This document shows positions 1 to 11,235 of a stretch of 20,000 nt of DNA, one piece after another. Under the pieces are notes generated by a model. It worked only from the letters and a program-made list of their open reading frames with translations, had not been told where the DNA came from and searched no databases. The stretch covers positions 7,607,331-7,627,330 of the forward strand of contig NW_003526941.1 in assembly GCF_000181795.1 (NCBI RefSeq), written 5' to 3'. Origin of the DNA: Trichinella spiralis. Taxonomy: Eukaryota. How positions within the stretch are numbered: the first letter of the stretch is position 1; every line of letters begins with the position of its first letter. Made by a program: the position numbers and the translations under genes.

Positions 1-230
1 GCCAACTCAATTTTTCGTTCATATAAGTAGATGAAATACAGTACACTTTTAATGGAAAGCAAGTTTAAATTTGTATTTTGTGCATACGTGGCAGTAGGTA
101 GTGTCGTGTTGTGAAATTGTGAAATATTGGAAAATGTTTTTGGTGATGATGAAATTTTTAAAGTAAACAAATTTCAGCTGTACATGTGCTGCTTATATTT
201 GTGCATGTAATAGTAGGAGAACTGTAGCAG

Positions 231-248
231 TGTGTGTGTGTGTGTGTG
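231..248. repeat. (TG)9 microsatellite
   Basis: Directly visible. Confidence 0.95.
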
Positions 249-915
249 CGTGAAAGTTGGCCACCAGTTTTGTTTAAGCTTTTCAAAAGTGACGGGTATT
301 TTTGACAGTTGTTCAGTGTTATGGTAGCTTGTTTAAATTTTTGAATTTTTTTTTTTGGTTTCTAGTAGAAAACAACAGTTGTCGCAGTACTTATTAAAAA
401 GAAAGAGGAATGGAAATGCGCCCACAGATGGATGGTGGATGGATGTGCATGTGAAGAGGTGATGTATTAAGGGAAATGAAGAGCGAAGAAAAAGAATATG
501 AAGCGTGTCGACGCATGTTTTGTAGGCAAAATTTGGAAAAGTTCGTTTGCTTGAATAGAGACGACGACAGCGTGCAAATGAAAACTGGGTCTTGCAACTC
601 GTCCACGGTGATGTCACATTCCTGCAGAGAAAGTCGTCCGTTCCATTTGGCAGAACAGGATTGCGTTCACTTTGGCTGAGTTTGCATGAGCCAAAGCGAC
701 AGTTGGCTGCTTTTTTTCTGCGCCAGCGGCCTACAGTGCTACTAGCGCTGACAAACCAGGAAAAGGAACGACAGTGCACAATGGACACCGGGGTAGCAGC
801 AGGTCGGTAATATCCGTCTGGAACCGCTTGGACCCGGTGATATTGTTTTCCGCTTTTAAATTTCGATTATTCATTTTTTCACATTTTTGGACAACTATTG
901 AGAGAAGATATAATA

Positions 916-3900
916 ATGGTTGTCGAAAACGGCAATGCAACAACTTCTGAAGTTAGTTATTCTCAGAAAGCTGTTACGCAGCTTGAAAATGTTCGGAAAC
1001 AGTAAGAACAATTTGTGTTGTTGTATATTTTAAATCTACACTGCATCTGTATATATATATATACTATACTTTCAGATATGCCATGTTTATCTGCAATCGA
1101 CCAATCACTGTATTTATGACGACAACATTTTTGCTTTGTACTTTGACGGCTTTGGGACTTGAGTTGGCTCCGACTCCTGACTTTTCAGACCCTAAAGTTG
1201 TAAGAAAGTTATATTTTGTTTTGAAAAATTTTGTTCACTTTTTAAGCATTTGTTTTATTGTATTGTATTGTATTTTAAAAATTCCAATTTTTCAGGGCTT
1301 TGAAACACGTGGCACGGTACTAAGCGATCGAGTGCTAACGTGGAACAATCTTGAGGAGAAAATTTCCTTCTATCCAGATTCAAGAAAAGAGTTTTACCGT
1401 CAAATGCCGCCAATCAACATTTTGCAAAGGTGAGAAACCCATTCATTTTCTGTATTACGGAAATGGTTCGCATTTCAATCGATCCAGTTCAACCAGTTGC
1501 TTTCTCTTTGATTACTTGTATTAGCTGTGAACTCGCTTCCGCTTATTTCTTCTCATCGGCATTTTTATTCCACTTTTTTATCCATATAAAAATGTATTAA
1601 TTTTTTTACAAAAAAACAAATATTTGTTTATTACAGTTTGAAATTATTTAATTAGAAAAATCTTTCACCTGTGGATTATTAATTCGTGCAGTTGTGTATG
1701 TATAATTGAATTTTAGAAAGCATAATAAGCGATGAGGAGAGGTTTAATTTCTTTAAAATGATTTTTGAAAAATTTCCCACTGTGCACGAACGGAATGAAT
1801 AGAATGTTCCACTGATTAGTTAGTCGATGGATGATCCATCATCAATCAACTTTTCACTTGTTGTTGGCAAATGTTCAACTTTTGTTTTGAAACACGAAGC
1901 AAGTAAGTAATAAGCACATAGTAAAAGTTTGAAATTTGCGTAATAAACAGCAGAACAGTGGCAAATTTTTTGGGCGTGTTAGAGAGATGAGCGGTGGTGG
2001 TGGCAGTTGGGTTTAGAAAATGTCAGTCGATTTGACATTTTTGCTTGTAGAAAGTGAAAAAGCAGCACAATCATTCGATACGATACGATACGGTCGTTTG
2101 TTGCTGCCTTTTCCACTGGTTTCGATTTTGCGTAACGAAACTTCTTTGTGTAGCTTAATTTTCACATAAAGAAGCATTATTGTCTATTTTTGCAAAGGTG
2201 AACATTTGCATTTTGCATTACGATGATCAATATCACTCTTTGTTATGTGTCTATTTTTGACACTCTACTTACCTACCACTCCTTGGTGTGATAATATGTG
2301 ATGGAATTTTTCTATTTTTCGCTTAACTTTGATCCTCTTAGGCGAAACTGTCTTTCAACATACTACTTTTTTAAATATCAAAATTTTACATTTTGCAAAT
2401 GACCATTTTCAATATTCAATTTAAAGTAATCATCTTTTTTCATATTGCTTTTTTGATTTGCTAGTTGAAATGGATATTCATTCAAAATTTAAATTGAGAT
2501 TTGTACTATTTAAAAAAAAATTCAACTTTTAAACCAAACAAGATAGATAACTTACTTCATTGCATCTACTTTTTTTGCCTATCAGATTATTAGTTGTTGT
2601 GCTTGTTGTAAAATTTTCAAACACTTTTTTCATTGTTTAACATTTTCATGTGAAGCAACAGTTGCGCAATAAAATATTTTGTTCATGCAAAATGTGCAAA
2701 CGATGTCAGCAAGTTAAGGAAATTACGTCAATACACTACTACGCAAAATTTTCTGTCAGCACAAAAATGGCAATCAGACAAAACAGTTGCTTGTTCTAAA
2801 TTTGTTTATTTGTTTGTTTGTTTACTTGTTTGTTTATTATTATTTGTCATTTTTGTTGTAAATTGCGTTGTAGTTATTAATTTTTTTTCTTCCTCCTCTT
2901 TTAGACGCAAACGAAATGGTACCGGTCAGCTTTTGGAAGAATTATTTTTCGCCGCTCTTACCTCTAGCCCTTGTTTGCAATTACACGCGCCACTTGCTCA
3001 ACGTGAGTACACCATTATTTTTCATTCATTCTAAAAACTAAATTATTGTTCATCCTAATAGTAATTAATTTATTGTAAACTTTTCTACATTGTTGAATGT
3101 AATTTTTATCCTCTGCATGCATATATATATACATATACATACATAAATGAGAATTAAGGCATTCATCAGGTCAGCGTTAAGATTAACGGTTAGAGTTGGT
3201 TTTTCTTTCTTGCATACTCTTGTATTTCTTGTGAAAAATGATTTTGAAATGTTTCAAACTGTGCATATCTATGTATTTTGGTTGATTTATGAAAATTGGA
3301 TATAATTATATAACTTCAACAAAAGCAATATAGTTGCATAAAGGGAATTGTTTATATTTTTTTACTGTGAGCTAATTTAAGATTTAAGATGCTTTCTTTT
3401 CAGCTCTTGGTGTATTTTGCAAATTGCTCAGCGTAGTTTTAATTGATGAAAATTGTAGAACGTTTTTTTATTGACTGGTTTTAAACCTTTTTACCTTGCA
3501 GTTGTGCAATGTCAAATGATCCATAGATGTAAAATTGATATGTAAAAATTTGGAAAACTTGTTCTCTTATCTGTACAGATAATATATGATCAGTAATATT
3601 TTCAATTATTGGTATTTGAAGGAAAATGACCAATTCGCATTTGAAAAGTTACTAGCCAGTCAGTTGTTTAAGGAAATTTCAGCAATTTCGATTTGTCAGC
3701 AGCCTATTGACCTAAACTTTGGGCAAAGTTTCCTTTTATTGCTGTCGCTGTTGCGTATATTATTCAAATATTCGCGTTTGTGTCTTTGAGCGTGTTGTTT
3801 GCCCGAATAAGCAAGCGATTATTTGTGTTCAAGTGTATACCAAAATTTTCCTTACATTTGTTTGTTTGTGAAAGAATCTTAACGCATTGAAGCGATATAA

Positions 3901-6900
3901 CATGAAAAATTACATTTTCATTGAGGCGACTATGAATGAATGAATGAATGTGAATAATTTTTTCAATTCAAATACTTTGCATAAGAGAGAATAATAATTA
4001 CAGGCTGATGATGACAGTTTACTTCAGAGTAGGTTACGCATGCGTGCCCATATCGTTCTGTGCATTTCCGTAACCTGCATTCTCTCGCGACCGAGTTCTC
4101 TCTTTCTCTCTCTCACAAGCGGCTTTCAGAAGAAGCCAACTCATACTTTTGTCTGATTATTTGCAGTTACCGGACATTTATTATTATTAACATGTATATT
4201 TTTTTCAAAAAAATATAGTTTGACATTAACATTATTTTTTATTTAATTTTTTTAATAAGTTATTTTTAAATTCATGCAACAAAAAAGTAGCAGCTGACTT
4301 TTTGATAATGAGAAGCAGATGTAGTGATTTTTAGTTGTTTGTTTTTTCTCAAAGCTTATCCAAAGTGATAGCATTTATTTTTCATTTTTTTTGTTTTTAT
4401 AAACGAATATTGTTGTTGATTTTTATTGATTTATTTGCTTCTGTCCATCTCTAATGCTGTCCAATAATTATGTTTTTACGCCTGTAAATTAGTTTGCCAT
4501 CGGCTGAACTAGAATTGAGCTTTTTTTGCCTAGTTCTGTTTCACTGTATCCTGTACTGTTGTTTGTTGATGATTTCTTTATACTGGGCTGACGTTCAAGT
4601 AGCATTTGAAATTGCACTTGCAAAAAAAATTATGCTTTTGGCATGAATTTCAAATATTAATTTGCTTCTCATCACAAACGTTGCTTATATGATCATCACA
4701 TATCAGCAGCAGCATATCACTTTTTCTCTCTGAATCTCTCCTTCCACTAATGATTTTCAAGCTGAAAAACTTCTCAATTCTCTATTTTTCAGTTGACAAT
4801 TTTTTCTTTAATTTTTATGATTCGAACATTAATTAATTCTTGAACATCATTATTATTCAATCAACAAGAATTTGAATGATTTATCTGTTGACTATTGAAA
4901 ATTCACCATCACCTATATATATTATTGTTCTATTTGTCAATTTTATTTGATTCTAATGAAATTTATTAAAAAAATTATTATTGAATTGGCAAAGGAAATG
5001 TTGAACTAATATTTCGAATACTGTTACGCAATTATTATTTAGAATTTTTTCACTTGACGTTGAAGACAATATGTAATAATACATTTCAATAAAAATACGT
5101 CTGAATAAATGAAATGATAAAAAAGAATAATAGAGATGGATATGTTGAAAATTTTTTTTTATCACAACAGATTGCAATGTTTGCTTAATTGCAATTTCCA
5201 TTGATTAATGTTGATTAATTTGAATGGTTTTAATGTTTTTCTTTAGTGGAATATCACAGCTTGATAGTTTTGGAAGCACCTTCGACGAAATCACTGTTTA
5301 CAGTTGATGTGATTTTGGAACTGTGCAAATTGCAGCAACAAATCAATGCCACTTTGCAGGAGGTGAAAATTCGCTTGGAGCAGAATCACTTTTGGAGTCT
5401 TCCGAATTATATCACATGTTTCAGTGGTGAACTCACTTGTACAAATTTGAAAGAGAAAGATGTTGGTACGGTGGCGGCTAACATTGAACGTTGTGCACCT
5501 TATCAACAGCAAATCATCCACTGCAAAGGTAGTGCAAATACAGCCGCCTGTCAAGCTATACCGGATTATTGCAATTCGAAATATTATCAAGATTTATTTT
5601 ATTTCATTTTATCGCAAAATATCTTTTCAAACGCAACCGGACCAGTTTACACGTCGATGGTTTTGCCAATATATTCGTACAACACGTATGAATATTTGGG
5701 AAGGAGAGATGTGAGCTTGAAAAAGTTTGCAAAGCTTTATGAAAAAGTATCCGAATGGCAAAACGATTTGAAACATTTGAAATTGGTAGGCCTGAATTTG
5801 GGCATCAAATTGCAAATGTTCAACTCGTTGCTTGTGAACGACACCGTTTGGGTATTCCTTGGCATCAGCTTGGTCGCTGTGATAATTTGGATTTATTCGG
5901 GCTCATTTTTCTACGCCGTCACAGTGTTGCTGTCGATGTTTTTTTCCGTTACTGTGGCTTACTTTGTCTACGGGCTTGTATTTCGGATGGAATTTTTCCC
6001 ATTCATGAATTTGCTGGTAATTGTGTTGCTGATCGGCATCGGTGCCGACGATACGTTTGTGCTCAAGTACGTCTTCGACACGTCCAAAAAGCAGGGGGCG
6101 AAAACAATTGCGCCCGAAGATATTGTCGACGCGTTGTCCTACGCCGCACTGTCCATGCTAATTACCAGTGTGACCACAGCGGCGGCGTTTTTTTCCAGCC
6201 TCACCAGCAACGTTATTGTGATCAAATGTTTCGCCGTATTTGCCGGCACGACAATGCTGATGAACTATTTGCTGGTCGTGTCGTTCATGCCGGCATCGTT
6301 GATCATTCTCGAACGTTACGTCAATCCGCTCTATGAACGTTGGTGTCCGAAACCCCTGAACGCGTTGGTTGTTCAAGCGTACGCTTCTGGAACAATTGCG
6401 TCCAATTTCCTCATGCAAATCTGCTTGCCGTTCGTTTTGCAACGCCTGCGGGCTTATGTGATCGCGGCGTTCGGTCTGCTGCTCGCTTTGTCATTTTTCC
6501 TGGTCTTCTACAAGCCTGGTCTGTCGTTGCCGAAACGCAATCCAATTTTGCTCTTCCAGCCGTCCCATCCGTTCGAATGGTACGACGACCAGATGGAATT
6601 GCACTTTCGCTTCGCCCTGGCCAGATATTGCATGCCGATCAAAGTGTCCCTGGTTTGGGGTTTTGTGCCGAGCGAAGTCGGCGGCTCCCATTTCGATCCA
6701 TTTTCCTACGGTCAATTGGCTCAGGATACGCGCTTCAAAGCCAACTTGGAAACGTTGCGCGATTTGCAGGCGGTCTGCGATCGTCTGGCCAAAGAGCCGG
6801 CCTTCAATTACGACGGCGACTGTTTTGCCCATGCTTTTTTCAAATGGTCCAAACAGCAAGTCTGCGTTGGAGAGGGGGAAAGTTGTTGCGCCTATTTGAG

Positions 6901-7711
6901 CAAATATTTCGACCAGCGCAACGTGCAGCCGTGCGTAGCCGCTTTCACCCGCACCACGGACGTGTTCAGTGGCAGCCCAATAATCCGCTACGACAACGAC
7001 GCGGTGGTCGGCTTTGTCATCTACTTGGAAACCCGGCACAACTGGACCACCGACTACGACAAGCTGAAGCATTTCCAAGACGACATCGAATCGACCGTAC
7101 GTCGAGTGTTGGGCGAGTCGAGAACGGCCACACTGAAACGCGGCTGGCCAGTGACCACCGATTCGATGACCACTTCTTGGTATGATTTGCAAAAAGAGTT
7201 GCTGCTCGGCACGCCGACGTCGATCATTCTCAGCATCCTGATCGCGTTCATCGTCGCCGTCTGCGTCACGCGTACTGTAGTTTTGAGCTTTCTCAGCATT
7301 TTGTCCATTTCGGCGGTGATTTTGGACACCATCGCCGTGCTGGTGTTGCTCGGCTGGCGACTGAACGTCGTCGAATCCACGATCATCATCCTCACAATTG
7401 GCCTCTCGTTCGACTACACCCTCCACTATGCGGTCGCTTACAAATTCGCCTCACTCGGCAGCCGCGACGACAAAGTGATGACAGTGCTCAAATATATCGG
7501 TGTGCCGGTGACGTTGTCGGCGTTGACCACCCTTTTGGCCGGCTTGGCCATGCTTCCGTCGAACGTGATGGCCTACACGCAGATCGGCTTTTTCATGATT
7601 CTGATGAGCTTGATCAGTTGGCTCAACTCTAGTCTGTGCTATTTGTCTCTGCTCGCTGTCTGGGGTCCGCAGAGCACCAGTTGTAACTTGCGCAAATGCT
7701 TCAGCAGCTGA
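916..7711 (+). CDS. disp: Dispatched-family protein (RND/sterol-sensing-domain 12-TM transporter; DISP1/CHE-14-like), ~968 aa; exons 916-1001, 1076-1199, 1296-1429, 2905-3002, 5247-7711
   Basis: All four introns are GT-AG with compatible phases (2,0,2,1). The exon sum is 2907 nt = 968 aa + stop, and an in-frame upstream stop lies at 838-840. The spliced N-terminus reads MVVENG...RKQYAMFICNRPITV-(TM1)-PDFSDPKVGFETRGT, matching the Dispatched PDFSDPxxGFExRGT motif. Exon 5 has the SSD segment FFPFMNLL...GIGADD (6035-6052), TS.TTAAAFF, a Cys-rich second luminal loop and the TM10 motif GLSFDY (7400-7417). Orthology (che-14 vs ptd-2 vs DISP1) is not resolved, and extra small exons in the large introns cannot be excluded. 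Confidence 0.93.
4001..4165 (+). ncRNA. Candidate intronic small RNA (pre-miRNA-like hairpin 4026-4083 within C/D-box-like motifs)
   Basis: gtaggttacg 4029-4038 pairs with cgtaacctgc 4069-4078, and atgcgt 4040-4045 with gtgcat 4060-4065. ATGATGA lies at 4008-4014 and CTGA at 4153-4156. The island is in Dispatched intron 4, same sense. Confidence 0.3.
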
Positions 7712-7770
7712 AGTATATACCAGTTCACTCTGCGAGCTCCAACCATCCAACCACAACAACGGCTTTGTAT

Positions 7771-7790
7771 TTCTTCTTCTTCTTCTTCTT
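7771..7790. repeat. (TTC)6 microsatellite in the Dispatched 3' UTR region
   Basis: Directly visible. Confidence 0.9.
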
Positions 7791-8115
7791 AGCTACATCA
7801 TGTATATACATTCTCGATCATATATACTACTTACATGTAACATTTTTTAAAATCAATATGCTTGTACAATACATGTACAGATTAGGTCGTTTCATTGCGT
7901 TTGTTTGTTTTTTATCTTGTTGTTATCGAGCGGTGGTTTTATTTTTTATATTATTTTTTGATATCAAACTGAACATGTTTAGCTTAAACAACCACGAATA
8001 CTTTTTTAAGCAAAGCCATCAACACCAACTGCTAGTGTACAAGTTTTTGAAACGTTTTGCAAAGAGCAAAGCGAAAAGATGTTGCATTACGATAAAACAA
8101 AAAGAGTTGCATTCA

Positions 8116-8121
8116 AATAAA
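8116..8121 (+). promoter_or_regulatory. Candidate polyadenylation signal AATAAA for the Dispatched gene
   Basis: First AATAAA seen downstream of the stop at 7711. The hexamer is common by chance in AT-rich DNA. Confidence 0.3.
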
Positions 8122-8890
8122 TGTTGTCATGCGATGTTGATGATGCTATTTTTGAAAAGAGCAAAACAGCGAAACTGCGGACTGAAAAATAACAAGGTAA
8201 GATACAGTTTTTAGTACATTTATTGATTTATGCATGATTTTGCTTTCTCCATTGCAAATTCAATCTTTTCAACTTGCTCCTAGACGGACTTTTTTGATTG
8301 CATTCGTCCGTTTCATTTTTCTTTTCCATTTCTTCGGAAAGCAATAATAAATATTTTGTTCAAGTACATTTTCTTGCAGTCCATTATTGTTGTTCTACTG
8401 AAAGAATTTTCCAAATTCGTCATGTCATTCATATTCATGCAATTTTACTACTCTTTTATTGTATCTTTTCTTATTCAACGTTTTCCTGCTTTCTGTTCAA
8501 CGCTCTTATAACAAGATTGAATCAATATTTATGCAAATTTATTAACAATTGAAGTTTTTTTATCAAATTGATGACAAGTTAAATTTTAAGAAATTTTTCA
8601 TTACGAAAAATTATCAACAAGATTTTGTCAACCGGTCAATAGGTCAATAATGATCAATATTTGGAAAAGAACCACAAAAAAGTGTAAAGCGAGTGCATTT
8701 TATTGTTAATGTGAAACCACATGCCAAAGAGAAAACCTGCAAGTACAAACAAGAAAACAATACTTTTTCCACGCAGTTGCCTGTTTGCTCGTAAATTTCA
8801 TTCTCTCTTTCCACTTCAACAGCGACTACGAAAACTTTAAAATGTAAGCTTACTTCTGATTGATGTTATTATTTTTCATTCATATCAGTC

Positions 8891-11235
8891 ATGATTGTGC
8901 AAAGTTTGATTTACGTTGTTGCGTCTGTTTTCCAATTTCAGGTACAACTTTCCAATTCAGAGGTGTATATCTCTACCTCTGATGAGGATAATCAAAAAAA
9001 TTCGACTGATAAATATTCACCGGCACAAAACAACAGCACATGGACAGAAATTTTTATCATTGATATGGACGAAAAGTTCTCCTATTTGGGAATGACTTGC
9101 CAGAACAACTCGACCTGTGCAAGCATTCCAAACTCATATTGTACAGATAAATTTACTTGTCAGTGTCGACCAAATTTTTTACCACGTTCCAACAGCGCTT
9201 GTATACTAGGTAATTTGAAGAAATTTCATTTTAAGTTTAAATTTTTTTTCCAATATAATTTTCTGTAGCTCCAACATATGGTCAAATTTGTTCTCCCGAA
9301 CTGTCAACATTTGCATGCCGTCCACCATTTGTATGCAATTCAAACAGCCTTTGCGACTGCCCTCAGTCGCATGAGGTCTTTGCATATGGTTGCTTGAAAC
9401 GTACGTTCATTCATTCATTCATTCATTCATATTGGATTCGTTTTGTTGACATTTTAACTCGAAAAATCTTTATTTCTTTCTATTAAAAGGCTGTCAACCT
9501 GGCTACGTGGCAGTGAAAGAAAAATGTTTCAAAGGTAACGTATAAGTGAACTTCTTATAGAATCAAAATTTTCGTTCAGAACAAAGAAAATCTTTAGTCG
9601 AAGTGTATTTATTACTTTTACTTTGTGCAACACTTAATATCAAAAATGCAATGTTTGAGGAAAGCAGCTAAATGAGAGTTGCGAAGTAAAAGGCCAGTGT
9701 TTGTGCAACTATTGCAATTGCAAAGAGGGCACTTGTCAGTGTATCGAAGGTGCGGAATCGAAGCACAATCTTTGCACATACAGCGGTATTTTATATCAAT
9801 AACGATATTGTAAACTGTTATTTTAAAAATAAGCCCTAATAATTAATACAATAGGAAATTCATGTCTAATTGGCCAACCTGCAGTGGATGAAAATTTTCA
9901 ACTTCTGCGTTGCAGTCCAACTGATGATTGTCCAGAGCATTACATTTGTACTGCTACAAATGAAACGGGCATATGTTGTCCAGGTAATGTGACATTTGCT
10001 ACTGATTTTCATTCATTTTTCTAAACTAGAATAATTCACACACGCACACACACACTTTATAAAATTGCAGCAATCAACTGTCCAGTAGGAGAAGCGCTTT
10101 TGAATTACAGCTGCCATAACTGCCCTTCTGAAACGCATTTCTGTCACGTCACTACATTTGGAGTCAATGATATGTCATTGTGTTGCCCGAAAGGTTTGAT
10201 AAACTTTCACATTGTGATTCAATAGAATTCAGCATAGAACTTTTAGCTTGTCCATCAAAAACACCTGTTTATGTTGGGGGAAAATGTTTTCCAAGTAAGG
10301 TTTATTTGTGTTCGAAATTAGTATTCTATTCACGTTCGTGTAATTTTATTATTGTATTGCTAAATGCTTGTCGCAATTTGTGCAGCTAGAATGTTTGGAC
10401 AAAGCTGTGAACACACAATGCAATGTTCAACTTGGGATGCAATTTGTGAAATCGATGCTGATCATGTTAAAAAGTGCCTTTGCAAGGAAAAGAAATACAA
10501 TAGTAACATCAACGCATGTGTTCGTGGTAAGTGCATTTTGAAATGCTTGCAACTAGCCTAATCTATAAACGCTTTTCCAAAAATTTCCTCAGAAGCACAA
10601 CTAGGTGATTCGTGTAATATAACAGAAGAATGTGTGGAAAATGCAAATATTATCTGTTTGGACGGAAGATGTCAGTGTTATCCTGGCTATATTGCGCAGC
10701 CTGTTCGACAAAACAAATCCGAAGCTTCAAGTTGTTGTATTTTAAGTGAGTTTCGGTCTTTTCAGAATATCATTTTTCAAATTTTCCAAACTCTAGAACC
10801 AGTATGCCCAACAAAGAACGGTTTTCAATATTTGGATCACTTTGTTTTTTGTGAATTTGACGACAATCAGTGCTCTACCAACGAATATTGCCGAATAAAT
10901 GAAATGAGACCAAACGAAACAATTTCTGTGTGTTGTCCAAAGCCAAGTAAGTTTGAGTGGATTTATTCTATTTTAATTTCCAATCATGCAGTCACTCCAA
11001 TCATTAAGCATTGGAAGATTTTGAAGCACTGTGCGCCTACTGGCGCATGCATTTGTACTACGAAAACGAAGAAGAAAAAGAAATATTTCACTGTACGTTG
11101 CAGCATTTCGACGACACTGTCCTCCGGAGGCAAAAAAACGTCTACGCCTCATGCCCACCAGGTTCACACTGCATTTGGAATTATTATAATTCAAGTAACC
11201 TAAACGATGGTTTATGTTGTACCGTACTTGTGTAA
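8891..11235 (+). CDS. Cysteine-rich, probably secreted protein with EB-module-like and Lustrin/WR1-like repeats, ~530 aa; exons 8891-9209, 9269-9400, 9490-9534, 9660-9785, 9855-9983, 10071-10193, 10247-10294, 10386-10526, 10593-10745, 10797-10946, 11009-11235
   Basis: Ten short GT-AG introns, all phase 1, join to a stop-free 1593-nt CDS. Repeated EB/EGF-like units (LGMTCQNNSTC...C...CQC, GDSCNITEEC...CLDGRCQCYPGY) alternate with units ending in CCP (CLIGQP...C...CPEHYIC...GICCP; CPVGEA...LCCPK). The N-terminus is hydrophobic (MIVQSLIYVVASVFQFQVQLS), there are many N-x-S/T sequons and there is no C-terminal TM. The acceptors ending at 9659 (tttgag), 9489 (aaaag) and 11008 (ttaag) are weak and were chosen on frame and Cys pattern. 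Confidence 0.85.
9406..9429. repeat. (TTCA)6 microsatellite in intron 2 of the Cys-rich gene
   Basis: Directly visible. Confidence 0.9.

Noticed and set aside
5291..7759. Long alternate-frame and antisense ORFs (e.g. 5755-6336, 6340-7185, 6491-7426)
   Set aside because: Shadow ORFs expected from the GC3-rich codon usage of the Dispatched exon; translations are not protein-like.
7696..8552. ORFs 7696-8214 and 8298-8552
   Set aside because: Low-complexity T/A-rich UTR/intergenic translation including a TTC microsatellite, in a different frame from Dispatched, so not readthrough.
10992..11203. Alternative acceptor at 10991 continuing the 10634-11203 frame
   Set aside because: It gives a poly-Lys non-modular tail, whereas the 11009 acceptor restores the CPPGSHC...GLCC module.
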